Shown: positions 1 through 16,329 of the stretch, in pieces
How positions within the stretch are numbered: the first letter of the stretch is position 1
Layout: every line of letters begins with the position of its first letter
Source of the DNA: the human T2T-CHM13v2.0 reference genome, Homo sapiens
Assembly: GCF_009914755.1 (NCBI RefSeq)
Contig: NC_060937.1
Strand: one strand, 5' to 3'
DNA: 64,000 nucleotides
Program-made: the position numbers and the translations under genes
Notes under the pieces: model-generated
The model's database searches: none
Told to the model about the DNA's origin: nothing
The model's input: only the letters and a program-made list of their open reading frames with translations

Positions 1-1182
1 ATAGTGTACATAAAATATAAAAGTACCCAAACTATACATTATATACTGTAAATAAAATATGAAATTACATCAAATATATTTTATATTAGGTACATAAAAT
101 ATGAAAGTACATCAAATATAGATTATATACTGTACATTAAATACCAAAGTACCCCAAATATATATTTTATACTGTACATGAAATATCAAAGTTCACAAAC
201 TATATATTATATACTGTACATATAATATCAAAGTACCCGAGGTATATATTCTATACTGTACAAAAAATAACAAAGTACCAAAAGCATGTATTATATACTG
301 TACCTAAAATATGAAATTACATCAAATATATATTTTATTCTGTACATAAAATATCAAAGTACACCAGATATATATTCTATAGTGTACATAAAATATCAAA
401 GTACCGAAACTATACATTATATACTGTACATAAAATATGAAATTACATCAAATATATACTAGGTACATAAAATATGAAAGGACATCAAATATAGATTATA
501 TACTGTACATAAAATATCAAAGTACCCCAAATATATATTATATACTGTATATGAAATATCAAAGTTCACAAACTATATATTATATACTGTACATAAAATA
601 TCAAAGTACCCAAGGTATATATTCTATACTGTATAACAAATATCAAAGTACCCAAAGCATGTATTATATACTGTACATAAAATATGAAAGTACATCAAAT
701 ATATATTTTATTCTGTACATAAAATATCAAAGTACACCAGATATAGATTCTATAGTGTACATAAAATAACAAAGTACACAAACTATAGATTATATACTGT
801 ACATAAAATATGAAATTACATCAAATATATATTAGGTACATTATATATGAAAGTACATCAAATATAGATTATATACTGTACATAAAATATCAATATACCC
901 CAAATATATATTTTATACTCTACATGAAATAACAAAGTTCACAAACTATATATTATATACTGTACATAAAATATCAAAGTACCCAAGGTATATATTCTAT
1001 ACTGTACAAAAAATATGAAAGTACCCAAAGCATGTATTATATACTGTACATAAAATATGAAAGTACATCAAATATATATTTTATTCTGTAAATAAAATAT
1101 CAAAGTACACCAGATATATATTCTATAGTGTACATAAAATATCAAAGTACCCAAACTATACATTATATACTGTACATAAAAT

Positions 1183-1555
1183 ATGAAATTACATCAAATA
1201 TATATTAGGTACATGAAATATGAAAGTACATCAAATATAGATTATATACTGTACATAAAATATCAAAGTACCCCAAATATACATTATATACTGTACATGA
1301 AATATCAAAGTTCACAAACCATATATTATATACTGTACATAAAATATCAAAGTAACCAAGGTATATATTCTATAATGTACAAAAAATATCAAAGTACCCA
1401 AAGCATGTATTATATACTGTACATAAAATATGAAACTACATCAAATATATATTTTATTCTGTACATAAAATATCAAAGTACACCAGATATATATTCTATA
1501 GTGTACATAAAATAACAAAGTACACAAACTATAAATTATATACTGTACATAAAAT
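1183..1555 (+). repeat. Example 373-bp HOR variant (monomer 1 is 37 bp)
   Basis: ATCAAATATATATTAGGTAC replaces ATCAAATATATATTATATTAGGTAC; the next ATGAAATTAC is exactly 373 bp later. Confidence 0.93.
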
Positions 1556-4500
1556 ATGAAATTACATCAAATATATATTAGGTACAGAAAATATGAAAGT
1601 ACATCAGATATAGATTATATACTGTACAAAAAGTATCAATGTACCCCAAATATATATTTTATACTCTACATGAAATATCAAAGTTCACAAACCATATATT
1701 ATATACTGTACATAAAATATCAAAGTACTCAAGGTATATATTCTATACTGTACAAAAAATATCAAAGTACCCAAAGCATGTATTATATACTGTACATAAA
1801 ATATGAAAGTACATCAAACATATATTTTATTCTGTACATAAAATATCAAAGTACAGCAGATATATATTCTATAGTGTACATAAAATATCAAAGTACCCAA
1901 ACTATACATTATATACTGTACATAAAATATGAAATTACATCAAATATATATTAGGTACATAAAATATGAAAGTACATCAAATATAGATTATATACTGTAC
2001 ATAAAATATCAAAGTACCCCAAATATATATTATATACTCTACATGAAATATCAAAGTTCACAAACTATATATTATATACTGTATATAAAATATCAAAGTA
2101 CCCAAGGTATATATTCTATACTGTACAAAAAATATCAAAGTACCCAAAGCATGTATTATATACTGTATATAAAATATGAAAGTACATCAAATATATATTT
2201 TATTCTGTACATAAAATATCAAAGTACACCAGATATATATTCTATAGTGTACATAAAATAACAAAGTACACAAACTATAAATTATATACTGTACATAAAA
2301 TATGAAATTACATCAAATACATATTAGTTACATAAAATATGAAAGTACATCAAATATAGATTATATACTGTACATAAAATATCAATGTACCCCAAATATG
2401 TATTTTATACTCTACATGAAATATCAAAGTTCACAAACCATATATTATATACTGTACATAAAATATCAAAGTACTCAAGGTATATATTCTTTACTGTACA
2501 AAAAACATCAAAGTACCCAAAGCATGTATTCTATACTGTACATAAAATATGAAAGTACATCAAATATAGATTTTATTCTGTACATAAAATATCAAAGTAC
2601 ACCAGATATATATTCTATAGTGTACATAAAATATCAAAGTACCCAAACTATACATTATATACTGTACATAAAATATGAAATTACATAAAATATATATTAT
2701 ATTAGGTACATAAAATATGAAAGTATATCAAATATAGATTATATACTGTACATTAAATACCAAAGTACCCCAAATATATATTTTGTACTGTACATGAAAT
2801 ATCAAAGTTCACAAACTATATATTATACACTGTACATGTAATATCAAAGTACACGAGGTATATATTCTATACTGTACAAAAAATAACAAAGTACCAAAAG
2901 CATGTATTATATACTGTACCTAAAATATGAAAGTACATCAAATATATATTTTATTCTGTACATAAAATATCAAAGTACACCAGATATATATTCTATAGTG
3001 TACATAAAATACCAAAATACCCAAACTATACATTATATACTGTACAGAAAATATGAGATTACATCAAATATATATTATATTAGGTACATAAAGTATGAAA
3101 GTACATCAAATATAGATTATATACTGTACATAAAATATCAAAGTACCCCGAATATATATTATATACTGTACATGAAATATCAAAGTTCACAAACTATATA
3201 TTATATATTGTACATAAAATATCAAAGTACCCAAGGTATATATTCTATACTGTACAAAAAATATCAAAGTACCCAAAGCATGTATTATATACTGTATATA
3301 AAATATGAAAGTACATCAAATATATATTTTATTCTGTACATAAAATATCAAAGTACACCAGATATATATTCTATAGTGTACATAAAATAACAAAGTACAA
3401 AAACTATAAATTATATACTGTACATAAAATATGAAATTACATCAAATACATATTAGGTACATAAAATATGAAAGTACATCAAATATAGATTATATACTGT
3501 ACATAAAATATCAATGTACCCCAAATATATATTTTATACTCTACATGAAATATCAAAGTTCACAAAGCATATCTTATATACTGTACATAAAATATCAAAG
3601 TACCCAAGGAATATATTCTATACTGTACAAAAAATATCAAAGCACCCAAAGCATGTATTATATACTGTACATAAAATATGAAAGTATATCAAATATATAT
3701 TTTATTCTGTACATAAAATATCAAAGTACACCAGATATATATTCTATAGTTTACATAAAATATCAAAATACCCAAACTATACATTATATACTGTACATAA
3801 AATATGAAATTACATCAAATATATTTTATATTAGGTACATAAAATATGAAAGTACATCAAATATAGATTATATACTGTACATTAAATACCAAAGTACCCC
3901 AAATATATATTTTATACTGTACATGAAATATCAAAGTTCACAAACTATATATTATATACTGTACATAAAATATCAAAGTACCCAAGGTATATATTCTATA
4001 CTGTACAAAAAATATCAAAGTACCCAAAGCATGTATTATATACTGTACATAAAGTATGAAAGTACATCAAATATATATTTTATTCTGTACATAAAATATC
4101 AAGGTACACCAGATATATATTCTATAGTGTACATAAAATATCAAAGTTCCCAAACTATAAATTTTATACTGTACATAAAATATGAAATTACATCAAATAT
4201 ATATTAGGTACATAAAATATGAAAGTACATCAAATATAGATTATATACTGTACATAAAATATCAAAGTACCCCAAATATATATTATATACTGTACATGAA
4301 ATATCAAAGTTCACAAACTATATATTATATACTGTACATAAAATATCAAAGTACACAAGGTATATATTCTATACTGTACAAAAAATATCAAAGTACCCAA
4401 AGCATGTATTATATACTGTACATAAAGTATGAAAGTACATCAAATATATATTTTATTCTGTACATAAAATATCAAGGTACACCAGATATATATTCTATAG

Positions 4501-7500
4501 TGTACATAAAATATCAAAGTTCCCAAACTATAAATTATATACTGTACATAAAATATGAAATTACATCAAATATATATTATATTAGGTACATAAAATATGA
4601 AACTACATCAAATATAGATTATATACTGTACATTAAATACCAAAGTACCCCAAATATATATTTTATACTGTACATGAAATATCAAAGTTCACAAACTATA
4701 TATTATATACTGTACTTAAAATAACAAAGTACCCAAGGTATATATTCTATACTGTACAAAAGATATCAATGTACCCAAAGCATGTATTATATACTGTACA
4801 TAAAATATGAAAGTACATCAAATATATATTTTATTCTGTACATAAAATATCAAAGTACACCAGATATATATTCTATAGTGTACATAAAATATCAAAGTAC
4901 CCAAACTATACATTATATACTGTACATAAAATATGAAATTACATCAAATATATATTATATTAGGTACATAAAATATGAAAGTACATCAAATATAGATTAT
5001 ATACTGTACATAAAATATCAAAGTACCCCAAATATATATTATATACTCTACATGAAATATCAAAGTTCACAAGCTATATATTATATACTGTACATAAAAT
5101 ATCAAAATACCCAAGGTATATATTCTATACTTCACAAAAAATATCAAAGTACCCAAAGCATGTATTATATACTGTACATAAAATATGAAAGTACATCAAA
5201 TATATATTTTATTCTGTACATAAAATATCAAAGTACACCAGATATATATTCTATAGTGTACATAAAATATCAAAGTACCCAAACTATACATTATATACTG
5301 TACATAAAATATGAAATTACATCAAATATATCTTATATTAGGTACATAAAATATGAAAGTACATCAAATATAGATTATATACTGTAGATTAAATACCAAA
5401 GTACCCCAAATATATATTTTATACTGTACATGAAATATCAAAGTTCACAAACTATATATTATATACTGTACATATAATATCAAAGTACCCAAGGTATATA
5501 TTCTATACTGTACAAAAAATAACAAAGTACCAAAAGCATGTATAATATACTGTACATAAAATATGAAAGTACATCAAATATATATTTTATTCTGTACATA
5601 AAATATCAAAGTACACCAGATATATATTCTATAGTGCACATAAAATATCAAAGTACCCAAACTATACATTATATACTCTAAATAAAATATGAAATTACAT
5701 CAAATATATTTTATATTAGGTACATAAAATATGAAAGTACATCAAATATAGATTATATACTGCACATTAAATACCAAAGTACCCCAAATATATATTTTAT
5801 ACTGTACATGAAATATCAAAGTTCACAAACTATATATTATATACTGTACATAAAATATTAAAGTACCCAAGTTATATATTCTATACTGTACAAAAAATAT
5901 AAAAGTACCCAAAGCATGTATTATATACTGTACATTAAATATGAAAGAACATCAAATATATATTTTATTCTGTACATAATATAAAAAAGTACACCAGATA
6001 TATATTCTAAAGTGTACATAAAATAACAAAGTACACGAACTATAAATTATATACTGTACATAAAATATGAAATTACATCAAATATATATTAGGTACATAA
6101 AATATGAAAGTACATCAAATATAGATTATATACTGTACATAAAATATCAATGTACCCCAAATATATATTTTATACTATACATGAAATATCAAAGTTCACA
6201 AAACATATATTGTATACTGTACATAAAATATCAAAGTACCCAAGGTATATATTCTATACTGTACAAAAAATATCAAAGTACCCAAAGCATGTATTATATA
6301 CTGTACCTAAAATATGAAAGTACATCAAATATATATTTTATTCTGTACATAAAATATCAAAGTACACCAGATATATATTCTATAGTGTACATAAAATATC
6401 AAAGTACCCAAACTATACATTATATGCTGTACATAAAATATGAAATTACATCAAATATATATTAGGTACATAAAATATGAAAGTACATCAAATATAGATT
6501 ATACACTGTACATAAAATATCAAAGTACTCCAAATGTATATTATATACTCTACATGAAATATCAAATTTCACAAACTATATATTATATACTTTACATAAA
6601 ATATCAAAGTACCCTAGGTATATATTCTATACTGTACAAAAAATATGAAAGTACCCAAAGCATGTATTATATACTGTATATAAAATATGAAAGTACATTA
6701 AAGATATATTTTATTCTGTACATAAAATATCAAAGTACACCAGATATATATTCTATAGTGTACATAAAATAACAAAGTACACAAACTATAAATTATATAC
6801 TGTACATAAAATATGAAATTACATCAAATATATATTAGGTACATAAAATATGAAAGTACATCAAATATAGATTATATACTGTACATATGATATCAATGTA
6901 CCGCAAATATATATTTTATACTCTACATGAAATATCAAAGATCACAAACCATATATTATATACTGTACATAAAATATCAAAGTACCCAAGGTATATATTG
7001 TATACTGTACAAAAAATATCAAAGTACCCAAAGCATGTATTATATACTGTACATAAAATATGAAAGTACATCAAATATATATTTTATTCTGTACATAAAA
7101 TATCAAGGTACACCAGATATATATTCTATAGTGTACATAAAATATCAAAGTACCCAAACTATAAATGATATACTGTACATAAAATATGAAATTACATCAA
7201 ATATATATTATATTAGGTACATAAAATATGAAAGTACATCAAATATAGATTATATACTGTACATTAAATACCAAAGTACCCCAAATATATATTTTATACT
7301 GTACATGAAATATCAAAGTTCACAAACTATATATTATATACTGTACATAAAATATCAAAGTACCCAAGGTATATATTCTATACTGTACAAAAGATATCAA
7401 AGTACCCAAAGCATGTATTATATACTGTACATAAAATATGAAAGTACATCAAATATATATTTTATTCTGTACATAAAATATCAAAGTACACCAGATACAT

Positions 7501-10500
7501 ATTCTATAGTGTACTTAAAATATCAAAGTAACCAAACTATACATTATATACTGTACATAAAATATGAAATTACATCAAATCTATATTAGGTATATAAAAT
7601 ACGAAAGTACATCAAATATAGGTTATATACTGTACATAAAATATCAAAGTACCCCAAATATATATTATATACTCTACATGAAATACCAAAGTTCACAAAC
7701 AATATATTATATACTGTACATAAAATATCAAAGTACCCAAGGTATATATTCTATACTGTGCAAAAAATATCAAAGTACCCAAAGCATGTATTATATACTG
7801 TATACAAAATATGAAAATACATCAAATATATATTTTATTCTGTACATAAAATATCAAAGTACACTAGATATATATTCTATAGTGTACATAAAATAACAAA
7901 GTACACAAACTATAAATTATATACTGTACATAAAATATGAAATTACATCAAATATATATTAAGTACATAAAATATGAAAGTACATAAAATATAGATTATA
8001 TACTGTACATAAAATAACAATGTACCCCAAATATATATTTTATACTCTACATGAAATATCAAAGTTCACAAACCATACATTATATATTGTACATAAAATA
8101 TCAAAGTACCCAAGGTATATATTCTATACTGTACAAAAAATATCAAAGTACCCAAAGCATGTATTATATACTGTACATAAAATATGAAAGTACATCAAAT
8201 ATACATATTATTCTGTACATAAAATATCAAAGTACACTAGATATATATTCTATAGTGTACATAAAATAACAAAGTACACAAACTATACATTATATACTGT
8301 ACATAAGATATGAAATTACATCAAATATATATTAGGTACATAAAATATGAAAGTACATCAAATATAGATTATATACTGTACATAAAATATCAAAGTACCC
8401 CAAATATATATTTTATACTCCACATGAAATATCAAAGTTCACAAACCATATATTATATACTGTACATAAAATATCAAAGTACCCAAGGTATATATTCTAT
8501 ACTATACAAAAAATATCAAATTTCCCAAAGCATGTATTATATACTGTACATAAAATATGAAAGTACATCAAATATATATTTTATTCTGTACATAAAATAT
8601 CAAAGTACACTAGATATATATTCTATAGTGTACATAAAATACCAAAATACCCAAACTATACATTATATACTGTACATAAAATATGAGATTACATCAAATA
8701 TATATTATATTAGGTACATAAAATATGAAAGTACATCAAATATAGATTATATACTGTACATAAAATATCAAAGTACCCCGAATATATATTATATACTCTA
8801 CATGAAATATCAAAGTTCACAAACTATATATTATATACTGTACATAAAATATCAAAGTACCCAAGGTATATATTCTATACTGTACAAAAAATATCAAAGT
8901 ACCCAAAGCATGTATTATATACTGTATATAAAATAAGAAATTACATTAAATATATATTTTATTCTGTACATAAAATATCAAAGTACACCAGATATATATT
9001 CTATAGTGTACATAAAATAACAAAGTACACAAACTATACATTATATACTGTACATAAAATATGAAATTACATCAAATATATATTAGGTACATAAAATAGG
9101 AAAGTACATCAAATATAGATTATATACTGAACATATAATATCAATGTACCCCAAATATATATTTGATACTCTACATGAAATATCAAATTTCAGAAACCAT
9201 ACATTATATACTGTACATAAAATATCAAAGTACCCAAGGTATATATTCTATACTGTACAAAAAATATCAAAGTACCCAAAGCATGTATTATATACTGTAC
9301 ATAAAATATGAAAGTACATCAAATATATATTTTATTCTGTACATAAAATATCAAAGTACACCAGATATATATTCTATAGTGTACATAAAATATCAAAGTA
9401 CCCAAACTATACATTATATACTGTATATAAAATATGAAATTACATCAAATATATATTAGGTACATAAAATATGAAAGTACATCAAATATAGATTATATAC
9501 TGTACATAAAATATCAAAGTACCCCAAATATATATTATATACTGTACATGAAATATCAAAGTTCACAACTATATATTACATACTGTACATAAAATATCAA
9601 AGTACCCAAGGTATATATTCTATACTGTACAAAAAATATCAAAGTACCCAAAGCATGTATTATATACTGTACATAAAATATGAAAGTACATAAAATATAT
9701 ATTTTATTCTGTACATAAAATATCAAAGTACACTAGATATATATTCTATAGTGTATATAAAATATCAAAGTACCCAAACTATACATTATATACTGTACAT
9801 AAAATATGAAATTACATCAAATATATATTATATTAGGTACATAAAATATGAAAGTACATGAAATATAGATTATATACTGTACATAAAATATCAAAGTACC
9901 CCAAATATATATTATATACTGTACATGAAATATCAAAGTTCACAACTATATATTACATACTGTACATAAAATATCAAAGTACCCAAGGTATATATTCTAT
10001 AGTGTACAAAAAATATCAAAGTACCCAAAGCATGTATTATATACTGTACATAAAATATAAAATTACATTAATATATATTTTATTCTGTACATAAAATATC
10101 AAAGTACACCAGATATATATACTATAGTGTACATAAAATATCAAAGTACCCAAACTATACATTATACACTGTACATAAAATATGAAATTACATCAAATAT
10201 ATATTAGGTACATAAAATACGAAAGTACATCAAATATAGATTATATACTGTACATACAATATCAATGTACCCCAAATATATATTTTATACTCTACATGAA
10301 ATATCAAAGTTCACAAACCATATATTATATACTGTACATAAAATATCATTGTAACCAAGGTATATATTCTATACTGTACAAAAAATATCAAAGTACCCAA
10401 AGCATGTATTATATACTGCACATAAAATATGAAATAACATCAAATATATATTTTATTCTGTACATAAAATATCAAAGTACACCAGATATATATTCTATAG

Positions 10501-10927
10501 TGTACATAAAATATCAAAGTACCCAAACTACAAATTTTATACTTTACATAAAATATGAAATTACATCAAATATATATTAGGTACATAAAATATGAATGTA
10601 CATCAAATATAGATTATATACTGTACATAAAATATCAAAGTACCCCAAATATATATTATATACTGTACATGAAATATCAAAGTTCACAAACTATACATTA
10701 TATACTGTACATAAAATATCAAAGTACCCAAGGTATATATTCTATACTGTACAAAAAATATCAAAGTACCCAAAGCATGTATTATATACTGTACATAAAA
10801 TATGAAAGTACATCAAATATATATTTTATTCTGTACATAAAATATCAAAGTACACCAGATATATATTCTATAGTGTACATAAAATATCAAAGTACCCAAA
10901 CTATACATTATATACTGTACATAAAAT

Positions 10928-11480
10928 ATGAAATTACATCAAATATATATTATATTAGGTACATAAAATATGAAAGTACATCAAATATAGATTATATACA
11001 GTACATTAAATACCAGAGTACCCCAAATATATATTTTATGCTGTACATGAAATATCAAAGTTCACAAACTATATATTATATACTGTAAATAAAATATCAA
11101 AGTACCCAAGGTATATATTCTATACTGTACATAAAATATCAAAGTACCCAAGGTATATATTCTATACTGTACAAAAAATATCAAAGTACCCAAATCATGT
11201 ATTATATACTGTACATAAAATATGAAAGTACATCAAATATATATTTTATTCTGTACATAAAATATCAAAGTACACCAGATATATATTCTATAGTGTACAT
11301 AAAATAACAAAGTACACAAACTATAAATTATATACTGTACATAAAATATGAAATTACATCAAATATATATTAGGTACATAAAATATGAAAGTACATCAAA
11401 TATAGATTATATACTGTACATAAAATATAAAAGTACCCGAAATATATATTATATACTGTACATGAAATATCAAAGTTCAC
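10928..11480 (+). repeat. 10-mer HOR (420 bp, monomer 5 doubled) plus flank; copy 1 of a 2,668-bp-offset duplication
   Basis: HOR starts at 10928 and 11348. Markers ATACAGTACATT, TTTTATGCTG, CTGTAAATAAA, CAAATCATG and ATAAAAGTACCCGA recur at 13596-14150. Confidence 0.85.
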
Positions 11481-11499
11481 AAACTATATATTATATACT

Positions 11500-12400
11500 G
11501 TACATAAAATATCAAAGTACTCAAGGTATATATTCTATACTGTACAAAAAATATCAAAGTACCCAAAGCATGTATTATATACTGTACATAAAATATGAAA
11601 GTACATCAAATATATATTTTATTCTGTACATAAAATATCAAAGTACACCAGATATATATTCTATAGTGTACATAAAATAACAAAGTACACAAACTATAAA
11701 TTATATACTGTACATAAAATATGAAATTACATCAAATATATATTAGGTACATAAAATATGAAAGTACATCAAATATAGATTTTATACTGTACATAAAATA
11801 TCAATGTACCCCAAATATATATTTTATACTCTACATGAAATATCAAAGTTCACAAACCATATATTATATACTGTACATAAAATATCAAAGTACCCAAGGT
11901 ATATATTCTATACTGTACAAAAAATATCAAAGTACCCAAAGCATGTATTATATATGGTACATAAAATATGAAAGTACATCAAATATATATTTTATTCTGT
12001 ACATAAAAAATCGAAGTACACCAGATATATATTCTATAGTGTACATAAAATATAAAAATACCCAAACTATACATTATATACTGTACATAAAATATGAAAT
12101 TACATCAAATATATATTATATTAAGTACATAAAATATGAAAGTACATCAAATATAGATTATATACTGTACATATAATATCAATGTACCCCAAATATATAT
12201 TTTATACTCTACATGAAATATCAAAGTTCACAAACCATATATTATATACTGTACATAAAATATCAAAGTAACCAAGGTATATATTCTATACTGTACAAAA
12301 AATATCAAAGTACCCAAAGCATGTATTATATACTGTACATAAAATATGAAAGTACATCAAATATATATTTTATTCTGTACATAAAATATCAATGTACACC
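11500..12400 (+). repeat. Copy 1 of a 4,830-bp-offset duplication
   Basis: ORF 11721-12176 is near-identical to ORF 16551-17006. AAAAAATCGAAG (TCG at 12011 and 16841), TGGTAC and TTAAGTAC (12121, 16951) are shared. Confidence 0.85.
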
Positions 12401-13595
12401 AGATATATATTCTATAGTGTAAATAAAATATCAAAGTACCCAAACTATACATTATATACTGTACATAAAATATGAAATTACATCATATGTATATTATATT
12501 AGGTACATAAAATATGAAAGTACATCAAATATAGATTATATACTGTACATTAAATACCAAAGTACCCCAAATATATATTTTATACTGTACATGAAATATC
12601 GAAGTTCACAAACTATATATTATATACTGTACATAAAATATCAAAGTTCCCAAGGTATATATTCTATACTGTACAAAAAATATCAAACTACCCAAAGCAT
12701 GTATTATATACAGTATATAAAATATGAAAGTACATCAAATATATATTTTATTCTGTACATAAAATATCAAAGTATACCAGATATATATTCTACAGTGTAC
12801 ATAAAATATCAAAGTACCCAAACTATACATTATATACTGTACATAAAATATGAAATTACATCAAATATATATTAGGTACATAAAATATGAAAGTACATCA
12901 AATATAGATTATATACTGTACATAAAATACCAAACTACCCCAAATATATATTATATACTGTACATGAAATATCAAAGTTCACAAACTATGTATTATATAC
13001 TGTACATAAAATATCAAAGTACCCAAGGTATATATTCTATACTGTACAAAAAATATCAAAGTACCCAAAGCATGTATTATATACTGTACATAAAATATGA
13101 AAGTACATCAAATATATATTTTATTCTGTACATAAAATATCAAAGTACACCAGATATATATTCTATAGTGTACATAAAATAACAAAGTACACAAACTATA
13201 AATTATATACTGCACATAAAATATGAAATTACATCAAATATATATTAGGTACATAAAATATGAAAGTACATCAAATATAGATTATATACTGTACGTAAAA
13301 TACCAAAGTACCACAAATATATATTTTATACTGTACATGAAATATAAAAGTTCACAAACCATATATTATATACTGTACATAAAATATCACAATACCCAAG
13401 GTATATATTCTATACTGTACAAAAAATATCAAAGGACCCAAAGCATGTATTATATACTGTACATAAAATATGAAAGTACATCAAATATATATTTTATTCT
13501 GTACATAAAATATCAAAGTACACCAGATATATATTCTATAGTGTACATAAAATATCAAAGTACCCAAACTATACATTATATACTGTACATAAAAT

Positions 13596-14150
13596 ATGAA
13601 ATTACATAAAATATATATTATATTAGGTACATAAAATATGAAAGTACATCAAATATAGATTATATACAGTACATTAAATACCAAAGTACCCCAAATATAT
13701 ATTTTATGCTGTACATGAAATATCAAAGTTCACAAACTATATATTATATACTGTAAATAAAATATCAAAGTACCCAAGTTATATATTCTATACTGTACAT
13801 AAAATATCAAAGTACCCAAGGTATATATTCTATACTGTACAAAAAATATCAAAGTACCCAAATCATGTATTATATACTGTACATAAAATATGAAAGTACA
13901 TCAAATATATATTTTATTCTGTACATAAAATATCAAAGTACACCAGATATATATTCTATAGTGTACATAAAATAACAAAGTACACAAACTATAAATTATA
14001 TACTGCACATAAAATATGAAATTACATCAAATATATATTAGGTACATAAAATATGAAAGTACATCAAATATAGATTATATACTGTACATAAAATATAAAA
14101 GTACCCGAAATATATATTATATACTGTACATGAAATATCAAGGTTCACAA
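13596..14150 (+). repeat. 10-mer HOR plus flank; copy 2 of the 2,668-bp-offset duplication
   Basis: HOR starts at 13596 and 14016 (420 bp), with the same private markers as 10928-11480. Confidence 0.85.
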
Positions 14151-16329
14151 ACTATAAATTATATACTGTACATAAAATATGAAATTACATCAAATATATA
14201 TTAGGTACATAAAATATGAAAGTACATCAAATATAGATTATATACTGTACGTAAAATACCAAAGTACCACAAATATATATTTTATACTGTACATGAAATA
14301 TAAAAGTTCACAAACCATATATTATATACTGTACATAAAATATCACAATACCCAAGGTATATATTCTATACTGTACAAAAAATATCAAAGTATCCAAAGC
14401 ATGTATTATGTACTGTACATAAAATATGAAAGTACATCAAATATATATTTTATTCTGTACATAAAATATCAAAGTACACCAGATATATATTCTATAGTGT
14501 ACATAAAATAACAAAGTACACAAACTATAAATTATATACTGTACATAAAATATGAAATTACATAAAATATATATTAGGTACATAAAATATGAAAGTACAT
14601 CAAATATAGATTATATACTGTACGTAAAATACCAAAGTACCACAAATATATATTTTATACTGTACATGAAATATCAAAGTTCACAAACCATATATTATAT
14701 ACTGTACATAAAATATCACAATACCCAAGGTATATATTCTATACTGTACAAAAAATATCAAAGTACCCAAAGCATGTATTATATACTGTACATAAAATAT
14801 GAAAGTACATCAAATATATATTTTATTCTGTACATAAAATATCAAAGTACACCAGATATATATTCTATAGTGTACATAAAATATCAAAGTACCCAAACTA
14901 TACATTATATACTGTACATAAAATATGAAATTACATCAAATATATATTATATTAGGTACATAAAATATGAAAGTACATCAAATATATATTATATACTGTA
15001 CATAAAATATCAAAGTACCCAAATATATATTACATACTCTACATGAAATATCAAAGTTCACAAACTATATATTATATACTGTACATAAAATATCAAAGTA
15101 CCGAAGGTATACATTACATACTGTACAAAAAATATCAATGTACCCAAAGCATGTATTATATACTGTATATAAAATATGAAATTACATCAAATATATATTT
15201 TATTCTGTACATAAAATATCAAAGTATACCAGATATATATTCTATACTGTACAAAAAATATCAAAGTACCCAAAGCATGTATTATATACTGTACATAAAA
15301 TATGAAAGTACATCAAATATATATTTTATTCTGTACATAAAATATCAAGGTACACCAGATATATATTCTATAGTGTACATAAAATATCAAAGTACCCAAA
15401 CTATACATTATATACTGTACATAAAATATGAAATTACATCATATATATATTAGGTACATAAAATATGAAAGTACATCAAATATAGATTATATACTGTATA
15501 TAAAATATCAAAGTACTGCAAATATATGTTATATACTCTACATGAAATATCAAAGTTCACAAACCATATATTATATACTGTACATAAAATATCAAAGTAC
15601 CCAAGTTATATATTCTATACTGTACAATAAATATCAAAGTACCCAAAGCATGTATTATATACTGTGCATAAAATATGAAAGTACATCAAATATATATTTT
15701 ATTCTGTACATAAAATATCAAAGTACACCGAATATATATTCTATAATGTACATAAAATATCAAAGTACCCTAACTATACATTATATACTGTACATAAAAT
15801 ATGAAATTACATCAAATATATATTATATTAGGTACATAAAATATGAAAGTACATCAAATATAGATTATATACTGTACATTAAATACCAAAGTACCCCAAA
15901 TATATATTTTATACTGTACATGAAATATCAAAGTTCACAAACCATATATTATATACTGTACATAAAATATCAAAGTACCCAAGGTATATATTCTATACTG
16001 TACAAAAAATATCAAAGTACCCAAAGCATGTATTATATACTGTACATAAAATATGAAAGTACATCAAATATATATTTTATTCTGTACATAAAATATCAAA
16101 GTACACCAGATATATATTCTATAGTGTACATAAAATAACAAAGTACAAAAACTATAAATTATATACTGTACATAAAATATGAAATTACATCAAATATATA
16201 TTAGGTACATAAAATATGAAAGTACATCAAATATAGATTATATACTGTACATAAAATATCAATGTACACCAAATATATATTTTATACTCTACATGAAATA
16301 TCAAAGTTCACAAACTATATATTATATAC

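Noticed and set aside
653-666. p53-like half-site AAGCATGTAT in monomer 6
   Set aside because: It is an imperfect single half-site once per HOR with no adjacent partner.
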